A stretch of 64,000 nucleotides of DNA from Gemmatimonadota bacterium (GTDB lineage: Bacteria > Gemmatimonadota > Gemmatimonadetes > Gemmatimonadales > Gemmatimonadaceae), in contig VHBP01000003.1 in NCBI GenBank assembly GCA_016871915.1, positions 11,905-75,904 of the forward strand, read 5' to 3'. Each line of letters starts with the position of its first letter. Within the stretch, counting starts at the first letter, position 1. Positions 1-10,026 of this stretch are shown piece by piece. The notes beneath the pieces were generated by a model. The model searched no databases, was not told where the DNA came from, and was given only the letters and a program-made list of their open reading frames with translations. The position numbers were made by a program, and so were the translations under genes.

Positions 1-124
1 CCACTGCCGCACTCCAGAGACTCTCCACCGGCACCGACGCGAGCTGCGACAGCTCATCCGCCGAAAGCAACCCCTCGATGGTCGCTCGCAACCATTCGTC
101 CTTCGCGCGCTGAGGTCGGTTCAT
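1..124 (-). CDS. 5' end of a CDS running off the left edge (MNRPQRAKDEWLRATIEGLLSADELSQLASVPVESLWSAAV...); product unknown, possibly the N-terminus of a GspE/PilB-type ATPase
   Basis: ATG at 124-122, open frame to position 1, same strand as and 48 bp downstream of the preceding gene. The product guess is weak recall only. Confidence 0.4.
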   Translation of the reverse strand, partial: MNRPQRAKDEWLRATIEGLLSADELSQLASVPVESLWSAAV

Positions 125-172
125 TCGGGAGGGGGCAAGAGGCTCATCCGAAATGTAGCGCACCCCGATGGG

Positions 173-2230
173 TCAGAGCGCCGGCCAGAAGGCCCGCGCC
201 ACGTCGAGGGTGACGAGCCATCCACGCCCCCGCAACGGCCTCGCCACATCGAACCGCAGGAGGTCGAAGAGACCGATGACCCCCAGCCCGACGCTCGGCG
301 CCGAGGTCCAACCGGCACCGTCCCTCGCATGGATCATGGTCTGATGGACATAGGGGGCGACGGTCACCGTCGTCGGCACCGCGCCGAACCGCCCGAAGCG
401 AACCGGGACCGATCCGGCGCGTCGATGCCACTCGACCCGCTGGGCCACCATCGCGTCGCCACGGAGCGCGTGAAAGGCGTAGCCCGGCGCCGAGAGCGGC
501 CCCCCGGCGAACGCGCCCCACTGCACCGGGACCCCGGCCCCGCCCGTGATCCCGTGGAGGAGGGTCCGAGCGACCACGAGCCCCGCTCCGGCAGGATGGC
601 GCGCCTCCAGCTCAGCCGAGAGTCGTACGAGGGCCGTGGCAGGCGTCGCGCCAGCATCGGTACGCGCCAGGGTGAGATGCACGTTCCCCGACAGTTGTGG
701 TGCCGAGGGTTCCGCGGCCGGCGCGCGGATCCACCCGAGGGTCGTCGCCGTGAGGATGCTTTGGTCCGCCGCGAGCGTCGGTTCGTAGCGTCCCGTCGCG
801 GGGGTCGCAGCGACCGCGAGGGGTCGATGCCGCTCACGGGCGAGCTCGATCGACCAGCGATCCCGCTCGCGCGGCGCCGAGGTGTATCGGATCCGTCCGC
901 GCTCGAGACCGTACGGATCGGTCCAATCGCTCCCGAATTCCTGCGCGGCGAGGGAGTTCCGGAGCCCACTCACCTCCGCGAGCCCCCCAGCCTCACCGAA
1001 ATCATCGGACCACTCCAGGTTCCACTGGGCCTCACGTGGCGATCGCCAGGTGAGTGCCCCACTGCCCTTCCAGCGATGGTCCGCGGTACCGAACCGACCG
1101 AGCATGGAGACCGTGAAGCCACTGCCGAGGGTCTGCGAGAGGCCGGCGCCGGCGGCGAAGCCCTCGACCCGATTGACTCGCAGGAGATCGGAGACGCGGC
1201 GCGCCGCAGGCCGCGCGAGTCCGACCCGGGCGAGTGCCCCCGCGCGCACCAGCTGGCGCGCGGCCTCCTGTACCTCGCGCACCTCGGCGTCATCCAACGT
1301 GCGGATCGCCTCAGGGAGCGCGCGGAGGATCTCGCCCTCGAACGGGTAGGTGCGCTGGAGCTGGCGAGGCACCTCGGTGATCTCGGGTCCCATGAAGCGG
1401 TCTGGCGCCGGCGTGATGTTCGGTTCGACGTCGGTGATCTCCCATCGACCGCGGATGATCCCGCGCGCGGGGAAATCCATCCAGGTCGCCGTGCGCCGGA
1501 TCTCGATCTCCTGCCGCCGCGGGAGCCAGAAGCGCCCTTCGACCAACCCATTCTCGAGGATGACCGAGACATCTTCGAGCTGAGGATCCTTGAGGGCGGC
1601 ACGGGTGAAGGAGAGGGTCATCCGCACCACGGAGGCATTCGCCCGATCGAGATGGACCGCCCCGACGGCGGCCGCCTGCCGGTCATCCTTGGGGCGGACC
1701 TGGATCATGAGGACGTCGATCGCCTGGGTCCCCGATCGGATCGCGAGCGAATCGCTGAGCCGATAGTCGTAGAGGGCCAGCCCCGCGGTGGAGAGGGGAT
1801 GCGCGACATCGCGTACCTCATCGCCGTCGCCGAGCCGTATGATCGAGGGGAAGTTGTTCTGCACCACCCCGAGATGATCGCGGTGGTAGTTCATGTCGGT
1901 TGGCAGCAGGAGCGTGTCGCGCCGCCCGATGATCCGTTGTGCGCTCCGGTCCGGGGCCTGCCAGAGGACCTCGACCATGAGCTCGTCTGACTTCACCACC
2001 GCCGGTGGAAGGGGGAACCCCTCGCCGAACTGCGCGAGGAAGGTGACGTAGCCATGCGCGCGGGCCCTGTAGTCGCGCAGCGCGGTGTCGGCGAGTTGCG
2101 CGCTTCGCTGTACGATCGCCGAGCGGACGAGGGCGAGCGTCTGCTCGTCGTTCCAGCGCTCCTGGGCCGCGAGCGGTGAGGCGAGTGGGGCGGTGAGCAG
2201 GACGAGTCGAACGAACCGCAGGAGGGACAT
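173..2230 (-). CDS. Large exported hypothetical protein with a probable C-terminal outer-membrane beta-barrel (Omp85/TamA-like tail)
   Basis: Start re-assigned to MSLLRFVRLVLL (ATG 2230). Signal peptide ending PLAAQ. C-terminal amphipathic strands (SVGLGVIGLFDLLRFDVARPL). Confidence 0.6.
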   Translation of the reverse strand: MSLLRFVRLVLLTAPLASPLAAQERWNDEQTLALVRSAIVQRSAQLADTALRDYRARAHGYVTFLAQFGEGFPLPPAVVKSDELMVEVLWQAPDRSAQRIIGRRDTLLLPTDMNYHRDHLGVVQNNFPSIIRLGDGDEVRDVAHPLSTAGLALYDYRLSDSLAIRSGTQAIDVLMIQVRPKDDRQAAAVGAVHLDRANASVVRMTLSFTRAALKDPQLEDVSVILENGLVEGRFWLPRRQEIEIRRTATWMDFPARGIIRGRWEITDVEPNITPAPDRFMGPEITEVPRQLQRTYPFEGEILRALPEAIRTLDDAEVREVQEAARQLVRAGALARVGLARPAARRVSDLLRVNRVEGFAAGAGLSQTLGSGFTVSMLGRFGTADHRWKGSGALTWRSPREAQWNLEWSDDFGEAGGLAEVSGLRNSLAAQEFGSDWTDPYGLERGRIRYTSAPRERDRWSIELARERHRPLAVAATPATGRYEPTLAADQSILTATTLGWIRAPAAEPSAPQLSGNVHLTLARTDAGATPATALVRLSAELEARHPAGAGLVVARTLLHGITGGAGVPVQWGAFAGGPLSAPGYAFHALRGDAMVAQRVEWHRRAGSVPVRFGRFGAVPTTVTVAPYVHQTMIHARDGAGWTSAPSVGLGVIGLFDLLRFDVARPLRGRGWLVTLDVARAFWPAL

Positions 2231-2303
2231 AGGCGGAATCTCACGGGGCGCCTCGACCCTCACAACCGTCGCCCCGAGGGAGGGGGGGGCGCATATTTCC
2301 CCC

Positions 2304-3875
2304 ATGTCGTTCCGCCTGACCGGGATCGGTCACCCCACCACCTTCGACCTCCTCGGGTCTAACCCGTATGTGGTCGGCCGCGCGACGACGACCGACTGCC
2401 CGGTGGTGGATCCCACGGTCTCCCGCCAGCACGCCGAGCTCCGGGTCACGAGGGAGGGTGTCGCCGTGCGCGACCTCGGGTCGAGTAATGGGACCTATAT
2501 CAATGACGCGCCGGTCGAGGCCACGGGAGGTCTGGTGCGCGCGGGCGAGACCGTACGGTTCGGGAAGGTGGGGTTCACCTGCACCTCGATCGCGGCGACT
2601 CCGGCGGTGGCCGCCGTCAGCGCACCGATCGCCGCGCCCGGCGCGACGATCGTCCGCCAGGTCCCCAAGCTCTCGGAGCTCGAGGCGATCGCCGCGGCCC
2701 GCGCCGCCGCGCCCGCCAACGATCCCGCTGCCAAGGACCGGCGCCGCCTCGCGCTCCTGCTCGAGGTCTCGAAGGGGCTCGGGCGCGCGACCGATCTCGA
2801 CACCCTCTTGGGCAAGATCGTCGACTACACCTTCCAGGTCCTCGAGGCCGATCGGTGTGCGATCCTCCTCACCGACACCGACGACGCCCTCGTACCGAAA
2901 CTCTCACGTGATCGGCGGGGCCACGAGGCGACTGGCGAGGTCCCGCAGTCGATCCTTCGCACCGCACTGGAGGAGCAGGTCGCGATCCTCTCGGACGATG
3001 CCGCTCAGGACGCACGCTTCACCGGCCAATCGGTGGTGCTCCAGAAGGTGCGCTCCGCGATGTGCGTCCCGCTCCTCGACGGTGCGGGACGCGCCCTCGG
3101 CGTGCTCTACGTCGACAACTTCTCCCTCACTCGCTTCGGCGAGGCCGACCTCGACCTGTTGATCGCGTTCGCGGGGATCGCGGCGGTGTCGCTGGAGAAT
3201 GGGCAGCTCGCCGATCGGATCCGACGTGAGGCGCTGGCGCGGAGCAACTTCGAGCGCTTCTTCACCCCGCAGCTCGCGGCGCGCATCGCCTCGAGCCCCG
3301 ATGCGGTCACGCTTGGCGGGGAGAAGCGGCCGGTCGCGATCCTCTTCTCCGACATCCGCGGCTTCACCGCGCTCTCGGAGACGATGAATCCCGATGCGAT
3401 GGCGCGGTTGCTCACCGAGTACTTCACCGAGATGGTCGAGTGCGTGTTCCGTCATGGCGGGACACTCGACAAGTTCATCGGCGATGCGGTGATGGCGCAG
3501 TGGGGCGCGCCGATCGGCGAACCGGACGACTGTGATCGCGCGATGCAGGCCGCGCTCGACATGATGACGGCGCTCGACGCGCTCAATGCCAGATGGCGCG
3601 CCGCGGGTCGCCCGACGCTGGAGATCGGGATCGGGCTCAACGTGGGGGATGTCTTCGCGGGGAACATCGGGAGCGAGCGCCGCTTGGAGTACACGGTGAT
3701 CGGCGATCCGGTGAACACCTCGAGTCGGCTCTGTGGGGCCGCGGGGGCCGGCGAGATCCTCCTCTCGGAGCCCTTCCGCGCCGCGCTCTCCACCCCACCG
3801 ACGCTCGATCCCCTCCCTCCGATGGAACTCAAGGGGAAGAGCCAACCTCTCCCGGTCTTCCGCGTTCGGCGGTGA
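2304..3875 (+). CDS. FHA-GAF class III adenylate cyclase
   Basis: FHA motifs VGR...VSRQHA...DLGSSNGT; GAF region RSAMCVPL...GVLYVD; cyclase motifs LFSDIRGFT, DKFIGDAVMA, YTVIGDPVNTSSRL (Lys/Thr pair points to ATP specificity). Confidence 0.9.
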   Translation: MSFRLTGIGHPTTFDLLGSNPYVVGRATTTDCPVVDPTVSRQHAELRVTREGVAVRDLGSSNGTYINDAPVEATGGLVRAGETVRFGKVGFTCTSIAATPAVAAVSAPIAAPGATIVRQVPKLSELEAIAAARAAAPANDPAAKDRRRLALLLEVSKGLGRATDLDTLLGKIVDYTFQVLEADRCAILLTDTDDALVPKLSRDRRGHEATGEVPQSILRTALEEQVAILSDDAAQDARFTGQSVVLQKVRSAMCVPLLDGAGRALGVLYVDNFSLTRFGEADLDLLIAFAGIAAVSLENGQLADRIRREALARSNFERFFTPQLAARIASSPDAVTLGGEKRPVAILFSDIRGFTALSETMNPDAMARLLTEYFTEMVECVFRHGGTLDKFIGDAVMAQWGAPIGEPDDCDRAMQAALDMMTALDALNARWRAAGRPTLEIGIGLNVGDVFAGNIGSERRLEYTVIGDPVNTSSRLCGAAGAGEILLSEPFRAALSTPPTLDPLPPMELKGKSQPLPVFRVRR

Positions 3876-4642
3876 AGTCCATCGGTGTGGAGGTCCCTGC
3901 GGGCTACGACCGCGCGATGGTGGGTCGTACGACGATCGTCGCGCGACTGGCCTGCCTCGACGGGCTTCGACGCGCATTAGCCGAGGCCCCCACGGTCCAT
4001 GCCTGGGCGGGAGCGGTACCGGAGGCGGTCCCCTTCCAGGGGCGGCTGACGGCGTGGGGGGTGACGCTCCCTGGGAGTGCGATCTCCGTCGTGGTGCGCC
4101 ACACGCATCATGGGGGGGCCTTCGCCTCGCTTCTCGGCGATCGCTTCCGTGGCGCGGGGCGCGCACCCTGGGAGCTTCGGATGGCGCTCCATCTGCGGGA
4201 GGCGGGCGTGCGCACGCCGGATGTGATCGGCTATGCGCTCTATCCCGCGGGGCTCAGCACCAACCGCATCGACGTGGTGACGCGTCGACTTCCCGATGGC
4301 GCGGATCTGCCCACCATCTGGAGCCGCGCCGATGTGGCGACGCGCGAACACCTCCTCACGGCGGTGGCCGCCCTCCTGAGCGATCTGCGCGCCGGCGGGA
4401 TCCATCACGCCGACCTCAACGCGAAGAATCTGCATCTGGCGTTGGAGGGTGGGCGGTGGCATGCCTGGCTCCTCGATGTGGATCGCGTACGCCTCGGCGC
4501 GCCGAACGATGCGAGGATCGCTGAGCGGAACCTCGCACGGCTGGAGCGGTCGTTGCGAAAATGGCGGGATCGTTGGGCGCTCCCGATCGACGAATCGGCG
4601 ATCGCACGACTGCGCCGGCTCGCGACGGAGGAGGGCGCATGA
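3872..4642 (+). CDS. Kdo kinase / LPS kinase (KdkA/InaA family)
   Basis: GTG overlaps the cyclase stop (GTGA). Motifs HADLNAKNL, WLLDVDR, NLARLERSLRK. Confidence 0.8.
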   Translation: MKSIGVEVPAGYDRAMVGRTTIVARLACLDGLRRALAEAPTVHAWAGAVPEAVPFQGRLTAWGVTLPGSAISVVVRHTHHGGAFASLLGDRFRGAGRAPWELRMALHLREAGVRTPDVIGYALYPAGLSTNRIDVVTRRLPDGADLPTIWSRADVATREHLLTAVAALLSDLRAGGIHHADLNAKNLHLALEGGRWHAWLLDVDRVRLGAPNDARIAERNLARLERSLRKWRDRWALPIDESAIARLRRLATEEGA

Positions 4643-5709
4643 GCCGCGTCCCGATGGATCGCGTCTGCATCGTGATGATGTCCGCCGTGGGGGATGTGGT
4701 GCATGTGCTCCCGCTGCTCACGGCGCTCAAGCGGGCGAATCCGGCGATGCATGTCACCTGGGTCTTGCAACCCGGACCGGCGGGTCTCGTGCGCGGCCAT
4801 CCTCTGGTCGACGAGATCCTCCTGTTCGACCGGACCAAGGGGCTCGGCGGCTTCCTCGAGATCCGACGCGCGCTGCACGCGCACCGCTTCGATCTGGTGA
4901 TCAATCTCCAGGTCTACTTCAAGGCGGGAATCATCACGGGCTTCACGCAGGCCCCGGTGAAGCTCGGTTTCGATCGCGCGCGGGCGCGCGACGCGAACTG
5001 GCTCTTCACCACACACCGCATCCCGCCGCATGCGATGCAGCATGTGCAGGACCAGTATCTGGAGTTCGCCGAGTGGCTTGGTGTCGATTCGCAGTCGGTC
5101 ACCTGGGGGCTCGGGCCGTGGAATGAGGCCGAACGCGTCTGGCAACGTGAGTTCATGGCACGGTTTGATCGTCCGATCGCGCCGATCGTGGTCGCGACGA
5201 GCAAGCCGGTGAAGGATTGGATCCCAGAGCGGTGGGCCGAGGTCTGTGACGCACTCTGGTCCGACTTTGGATTGCAGCCGGTATTGGTCGGCGCGCGATC
5301 GGCTCGTGAGGTGCAGGCCGAGCGGGTGATCCTTGAGCGGGCGCGACACAGGCCGATGAGTGCGCTCGGTGCGGGCGGCCTGCGCGGTCTGGTGGGCATC
5401 CTCGATGCCTCGGCGCTCGTCCTCTCGCCGGACACGGGGCCGCTGCATATCACGGTGGCGCTCGACCGCCCTGTCGTGAGCCTCATCGCCTATTCGAATC
5501 CCAAGCGCATAGGGCCATATCGCAGGTTCGGCGATCTGATGATCGACGCGTATGGTGATCCTGGTGAAGACTATCCGATCTCGATGGAGAACCGTCCCGA
5601 TCGCATGCCGCGGATCACGGTGCAACAGGTGCTCGACCGCGTCGAGCGGTGGCGGACGCACTATGCGGCGGCTTACCCGCCGCGGCTGACCCCAGCGCCG
5701 AAGTCATAG
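4639..5709 (+). CDS. Glycosyltransferase family 9 (LPS heptosyltransferase-like)
   Basis: ATGA overlap with the upstream gene. Motifs SAVGDVVH, DLVINLQ, SPDTGPLHI. Confidence 0.88.
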   Translation: MSRVPMDRVCIVMMSAVGDVVHVLPLLTALKRANPAMHVTWVLQPGPAGLVRGHPLVDEILLFDRTKGLGGFLEIRRALHAHRFDLVINLQVYFKAGIITGFTQAPVKLGFDRARARDANWLFTTHRIPPHAMQHVQDQYLEFAEWLGVDSQSVTWGLGPWNEAERVWQREFMARFDRPIAPIVVATSKPVKDWIPERWAEVCDALWSDFGLQPVLVGARSAREVQAERVILERARHRPMSALGAGGLRGLVGILDASALVLSPDTGPLHITVALDRPVVSLIAYSNPKRIGPYRRFGDLMIDAYGDPGEDYPISMENRPDRMPRITVQQVLDRVERWRTHYAAAYPPRLTPAPKS

Positions 5710-6278
5710 CGTAGGCCCAGCTCGGCGAGGAGCGCGACGAGTCGCCGCAGGCCGAGCCCCATCACGCTGAAGTAGTCGCCGTCGATGTGCTCGACGATCG
5801 TCGCCCCATAACCCTGGATGCCGTAGGCCCCGGCCTTGTCCATCGGTTCGCCGGTCGCGACATAGGCGGCGATCTCATCGGCGGTGAGGGCGCGGACGGT
5901 CACCTGAACCGACTCGACGGCGCTCACGGTGCGCCCCTGGTGTGCGACCGCCATCGCGGTGTGCACCGTGTGCGTGCGGCCACTGAGCCGCGCGAGGGTC
6001 GCGCGCGCCTCGGCCACATCGGCGGGTTTGCCGAGGATCGCGTCGTCCAAGACGACGATGGTGTCGGCGGCGATCACCACCGAGGTGGGGGCCAGCGCGG
6101 CGAGGGTCGCCGCCTTGGAGCGCGCGAGTCGCTCGCAGTGTGGGACGGGGGCCTCGTCCGGGAGGACCGACTCGTCGATGTCGGCGGGACGCACGACATG
6201 CGTGATCCCGATCAGATCGAGGAGATCCCGGCGGCGCGGGGACTGCGAGGCGAGGATGACCTCAAGGGGCGGCATCAT
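5673..6278 (-). CDS. maf: Maf family nucleoside triphosphate pyrophosphatase
   Basis: ILASQSPRRR, IAADTIV, DKAGAYGIQG. Confidence 0.93.
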   Translation of the reverse strand: MMPPLEVILASQSPRRRDLLDLIGITHVVRPADIDESVLPDEAPVPHCERLARSKAATLAALAPTSVVIAADTIVVLDDAILGKPADVAEARATLARLSGRTHTVHTAMAVAHQGRTVSAVESVQVTVRALTADEIAAYVATGEPMDKAGAYGIQGYGATIVEHIDGDYFSVMGLGLRRLVALLAELGLRYDFGAGVSRGG

Positions 6279-6712
6279 CGCTCGAGCCAGAGGGTGACGG
6301 GACCATCGTTCACGAGCTCCACCGCCATATCGGCGCCGAACTCCCCGGTGGCGACGTCGACCCCCTGCGCGCGCAGGAGATCGATGAACTGGAGGTAGAG
6401 CGCACGCGCCTGTTCTGGCGGGGCGGCATCGATGAACGAGGGACGCCGCCCCTTCGCGGCGTCACCGTAGAGCGTGAACTGGCTCACGACGAGGAGCGCA
6501 CCCTGCACCTCCTCGAGCCCGAGGTTCATCTTGCCCTCGGCGCCGGTGAAGAGCCGGAGCCCCGACACCTTCTCCGCCATCCAGCGGTTCTCGGCCTCGG
6601 TATCGGTCGCGGTGTAGCCGACGAGGAGACAGAACCCGCGCCCGATCTGCCCGATCACCGCGCCATCCACGCGCACCTCGGCGCGCGAGACCCGCTGCAG
6701 CAGGACGCGCAT
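6275..6712 (-). CDS. dtd: D-aminoacyl-tRNA deacylase
   Basis: MRVLLQRV, SQFTL, GEFGADMAVELVNDGPVT. Confidence 0.95.
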   Translation of the reverse strand: MRVLLQRVSRAEVRVDGAVIGQIGRGFCLLVGYTATDTEAENRWMAEKVSGLRLFTGAEGKMNLGLEEVQGALLVVSQFTLYGDAAKGRRPSFIDAAPPEQARALYLQFIDLLRAQGVDVATGEFGADMAVELVNDGPVTLWLER

Positions 6713-6721
6713 CGCGCTCGA

Positions 6722-8548
6722 CTACTCGACGGTGACCGACTTGGCGAGGTTCCGCGGCTGGTCGACGTTCGCCCCGCGCTTCACCGCGATGTAGTACGCG
6801 AGGAGCTGAAGCGGGATGCTCGCGAGCACCGGGGTGAGCATATCCACCGTCTCGGGGATCCGAATCTCGTGGTCCATCAGGCCAGCGAGGGCCGGCTCGT
6901 CGCGGCTCGTGATGACGATCGTCTTCCCGCCACGCGCCTTCACCTCTTGGATGTTCGAGACGACCTTCTCGAACACGGAGTCGTGCGGGGCGATGAAGAC
7001 CACCGGCATCTTCTCATCGATCAGCGCGATCGGGCCATGCTTCATCTCCGCCGCCGGATACCCCTCGGCGTGGATGTAGCTGATCTCCTTCAGCTTGAGC
7101 GCCCCCTCGAGGGCGGCGGGGAAGTTGTAGCCGCGTCCGAGGTAGAGGAAGTTGTGGACGTCCTTGTACGACTCCGCGATCGCCTCGATCGCGTCGGCCT
7201 GATCGAGGATCGCCTGGATCTGGTTCGGTAGGAGATCGAGCGCTTGCGTGACCTCGCGGCCACGCGTCACCGAGAGGTTCCGCTTCCGCGCGAGCTTGAG
7301 TGCGAACAAGGCGAGCGCGACCACCTGGCTCGTGAACGCCTTGGTGGAGGCGACCCCGATCTCCGGGCCGGCATGGAGGTAGATCCCCCCATCGTCCTCG
7401 CGGGCGATGGTCGATCCGACGACGTTCACGAGCCCAAGCGTCCGCGCACCATGACGCTTCGCCTCACGCATCGCCGCCAGCGTATCCGCCGTCTCGCCGG
7501 ACTGCGAGATCACGATGCAGAGCGTCGCCGGCGTGACGATGGGATTCCGATAGCGGAACTCCGAGGCGTACTCCACCTCCACCGGGATCCGCGCCATGTC
7601 CTCGATCATCAGTTCGCCGATGAGCGCCGAGTGCCAGCTGGTCCCGCAGGCGGTGATCACGATGTTGTCGATCGCCATCAGCTCGTCGTGGCTAAGATTG
7701 AGTCCGCCGAGTTTGGAGGTGCCTTCCTCGAGGCGGAGGCGCCCGCGCATCGTGTTCGCCACCGTCTGCGGCTGCTCGAAGATCTCCTTGAGCATGAAGT
7801 GCTCATAGCCGCCGCGCTCGATCGCATCGAGATCCCAGGCGATCGTCTCGACGGAGCGACGGATGGGCGATGCGTTGATGTCGAGGATGCGGTACCCATC
7901 GGCGGTGATGACGGCGAGATCCCCCTCGTTGAGGTAGATCACCTCGCGGGTGTGCGCGAGGATCGCCGAGGCGTCACTGGCAAGGAAGTACTGGCCGTCA
8001 CCGACCCCGACGAGCAACGGGCTCCCCTTCCGCGCGCCGACGATCTTCCCAGGATCCTTGCTGGAGACCACGGCGATGCCATAGGTCCCCTCGACCACGC
8101 GGAGTGCCCCGATCACCGCTTCCTCAAGGGAGCCTTCGAAGAGCTCTTGGATGAGATGCGAGAGCACCTCCGTATCGGTATCCGAGCGGAAGGTGTGCCC
8201 CTTCCTGTGCAGCTCCTTCCGGAGGGCATCGGCGTTCTCGATGATGCCATTGTGCACCACGGCGACGGTGTTGTCGGTGCTCAGGTGCGGGTGCGCATTG
8301 CGATCGCTCGGCGGACCGTGCGTCGCCCAGCGGGTGTGGCCAATCCCCACATGCCCCTTCACGGGCTGCTCGGCGAGCACCCCTTCGAGCCGCGCGATCT
8401 TCCCTTCGGCGCGACGCGTCTCGAGCGCCCCGCGATCGATCAGCGCGACGCCGGCGGAGTCATAGCCGCGATACTCGAGGCGCTTGAGCCCCCCGATGAG
8501 GATCGGGGTGGCGTCCTTGGGACCGATGTAACCGACGATACCGCACAT
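6722..8548 (-). CDS. glmS: Glutamine--fructose-6-phosphate aminotransferase
   Basis: MCGIVG N-terminal nucleophile Cys, GHTRWATHG, SQSGETADT, EGALKLKEISY, NLAKSVTVE. Confidence 0.98.
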   Translation of the reverse strand: MCGIVGYIGPKDATPILIGGLKRLEYRGYDSAGVALIDRGALETRRAEGKIARLEGVLAEQPVKGHVGIGHTRWATHGPPSDRNAHPHLSTDNTVAVVHNGIIENADALRKELHRKGHTFRSDTDTEVLSHLIQELFEGSLEEAVIGALRVVEGTYGIAVVSSKDPGKIVGARKGSPLLVGVGDGQYFLASDASAILAHTREVIYLNEGDLAVITADGYRILDINASPIRRSVETIAWDLDAIERGGYEHFMLKEIFEQPQTVANTMRGRLRLEEGTSKLGGLNLSHDELMAIDNIVITACGTSWHSALIGELMIEDMARIPVEVEYASEFRYRNPIVTPATLCIVISQSGETADTLAAMREAKRHGARTLGLVNVVGSTIAREDDGGIYLHAGPEIGVASTKAFTSQVVALALFALKLARKRNLSVTRGREVTQALDLLPNQIQAILDQADAIEAIAESYKDVHNFLYLGRGYNFPAALEGALKLKEISYIHAEGYPAAEMKHGPIALIDEKMPVVFIAPHDSVFEKVVSNIQEVKARGGKTIVITSRDEPALAGLMDHEIRIPETVDMLTPVLASIPLQLLAYYIAVKRGANVDQPRNLAKSVTVE

Positions 8549-8552
8549 AAAG

Positions 8553-8587
8553 ACAGGGGTCTGGGAAGAGGGGTCAGGTTACAGGGA
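8553..8587 (-). repeat. Degenerate heptamer tandem array (tccctgt aacctga cccctct tcccaga cccctgt) filling the glmM-glmS spacer
   Basis: Read directly on the minus strand. Same unit family as 21276-21331. Confidence 0.6.
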
Positions 8588-9961
8588 CTACGTCGCGAGC
8601 GCGGCCAAGAGCTGGCGGCCGCGGTCGACGAGCGCCTGCGCGCCGTCACGGGTCGGGGCCTCGGCGATCACACGCACGATCGGCTCGGTGCCGGAAGGGC
8701 GTACATGCACCCAACGATCGGGCCAGCTCAGGCGCAACCCATCCTGGGTGTCGGCCTCGGCGTCGGGGAAGGCCGAACGCAGCTGCGCGTAGACCGCGTC
8801 GAGGGGGGCATCGGGGCGATCGAGCTTGTCCTTCACGATCGCGTAGCGCGGGAAGCGTGCGACGATCTTGGAGAGGGGCTCGGCCGCCTCGTGCAGGAGC
8901 TGAAGGATCAACGCGACGCCGAGTGGCGCGTCGCGGCCAAGGTGGAGTTCGGGGAGGATGACGCCCCCGTTCCCTTCCCCGCCGATCACGGCGCCAGCCT
9001 CGCGCATGGCGAGGGCGACGTTCACTTCGCCCACGGGAGCGCGGAGGACGCGCGCGCCAGATTCGCCCGCCATGTCGTCGACGATGCGGCTCGTGGAGAG
9101 ATTCATGACCACGGGACCGGTGCGGTGCTTCAAGACGACGCGCGTGGCGAGGGCCAAGGTGTAGTCCTCACCGATCGCTTGCCCTGCATCGGAGACGAGG
9201 GCGAGGCGGTCGACGTCGGGATCGGTCGCGAAGCCGACGGCGGCCCCGGTCTTCTTGACGAGGGCCTCGAGACCGGTGAGATGCTCGGCGACCGGCTCAG
9301 GGGGGCGCGGGAAGCGTCCATCGGGGGTGAGCCCGATCGCGTGCACCTCGCAGCCCAAGAGCTCGAGGAGGCGTGGGATCACCTCACCGCCGGCCCCATG
9401 ACAGGCGTCGAAGGCGACACGGAACTTCCGTGCGCGGATCCCCGGCACGTCGATGAATGGGAGCGCGAGGACCTGATCGATGTGGCGCGTGATAGCCTCG
9501 CCATCGAAGTGCACCTGACCGAGCCGATCCCACATCGCATAGGGGATCCCCTGCTCGACGAGCGCACGCATCTCGGCGCCCTGCGCGGCGCTCAGGAAGA
9601 GACCGTCCGGCCCGATGAACTTGAGCGCGTTCCACTCGATCGGATTGTGGCTCGCGGTGATCCCGAGTCCACCGGCAGCGTGATGATGCTCGACGGCGAG
9701 CTGGAGCGTGGGGGTCGTCGTGAGCCCGATGTCGATCACATCGGCGCCGACGCTCTCGAGCGCCGCGCGGGTGACCGCGTGGAAGAGGGGACCGGAGACG
9801 CGGCTATCGCGGCCCAAGACGATGGTGCGCGCGGTGCCGCGGGCGATGGCCCAGGCACCGAAGGCGGCGGCGTAGCGTGCGACGACTTCGGGGGTCAGCC
9901 CATGGCCGACCCGTCCCCGGATGCCGGAGACGCTGATCATCAGACGAGGATCGGGAGACAT
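8588..9961 (-). CDS. glmM: Phosphoglucosamine mutase / alpha-D-phosphohexomutase
   Basis: ITASHNP phosphoserine loop, DPDVDR metal loop, GGEGNGG, RPSGTEP; adjacent to glmS. Confidence 0.85.
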   Translation of the reverse strand: MSPDPRLMISVSGIRGRVGHGLTPEVVARYAAAFGAWAIARGTARTIVLGRDSRVSGPLFHAVTRAALESVGADVIDIGLTTTPTLQLAVEHHHAAGGLGITASHNPIEWNALKFIGPDGLFLSAAQGAEMRALVEQGIPYAMWDRLGQVHFDGEAITRHIDQVLALPFIDVPGIRARKFRVAFDACHGAGGEVIPRLLELLGCEVHAIGLTPDGRFPRPPEPVAEHLTGLEALVKKTGAAVGFATDPDVDRLALVSDAGQAIGEDYTLALATRVVLKHRTGPVVMNLSTSRIVDDMAGESGARVLRAPVGEVNVALAMREAGAVIGGEGNGGVILPELHLGRDAPLGVALILQLLHEAAEPLSKIVARFPRYAIVKDKLDRPDAPLDAVYAQLRSAFPDAEADTQDGLRLSWPDRWVHVRPSGTEPIVRVIAEAPTRDGAQALVDRGRQLLAALAT

Positions 9962-10026
9962 TCTCGAAAGATACCGGTTCCCAGAGGGCAATTGGAGGCG
10001 ATGGGGACGGCGTTATCGTTCACTCC

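Noticed and set aside
8549-8587. glmS ribozyme upstream of glmS
   Set aside because: The spacer is only 39 bp and consists of heptamer repeats; there is no room for, or similarity to, the ribozyme.
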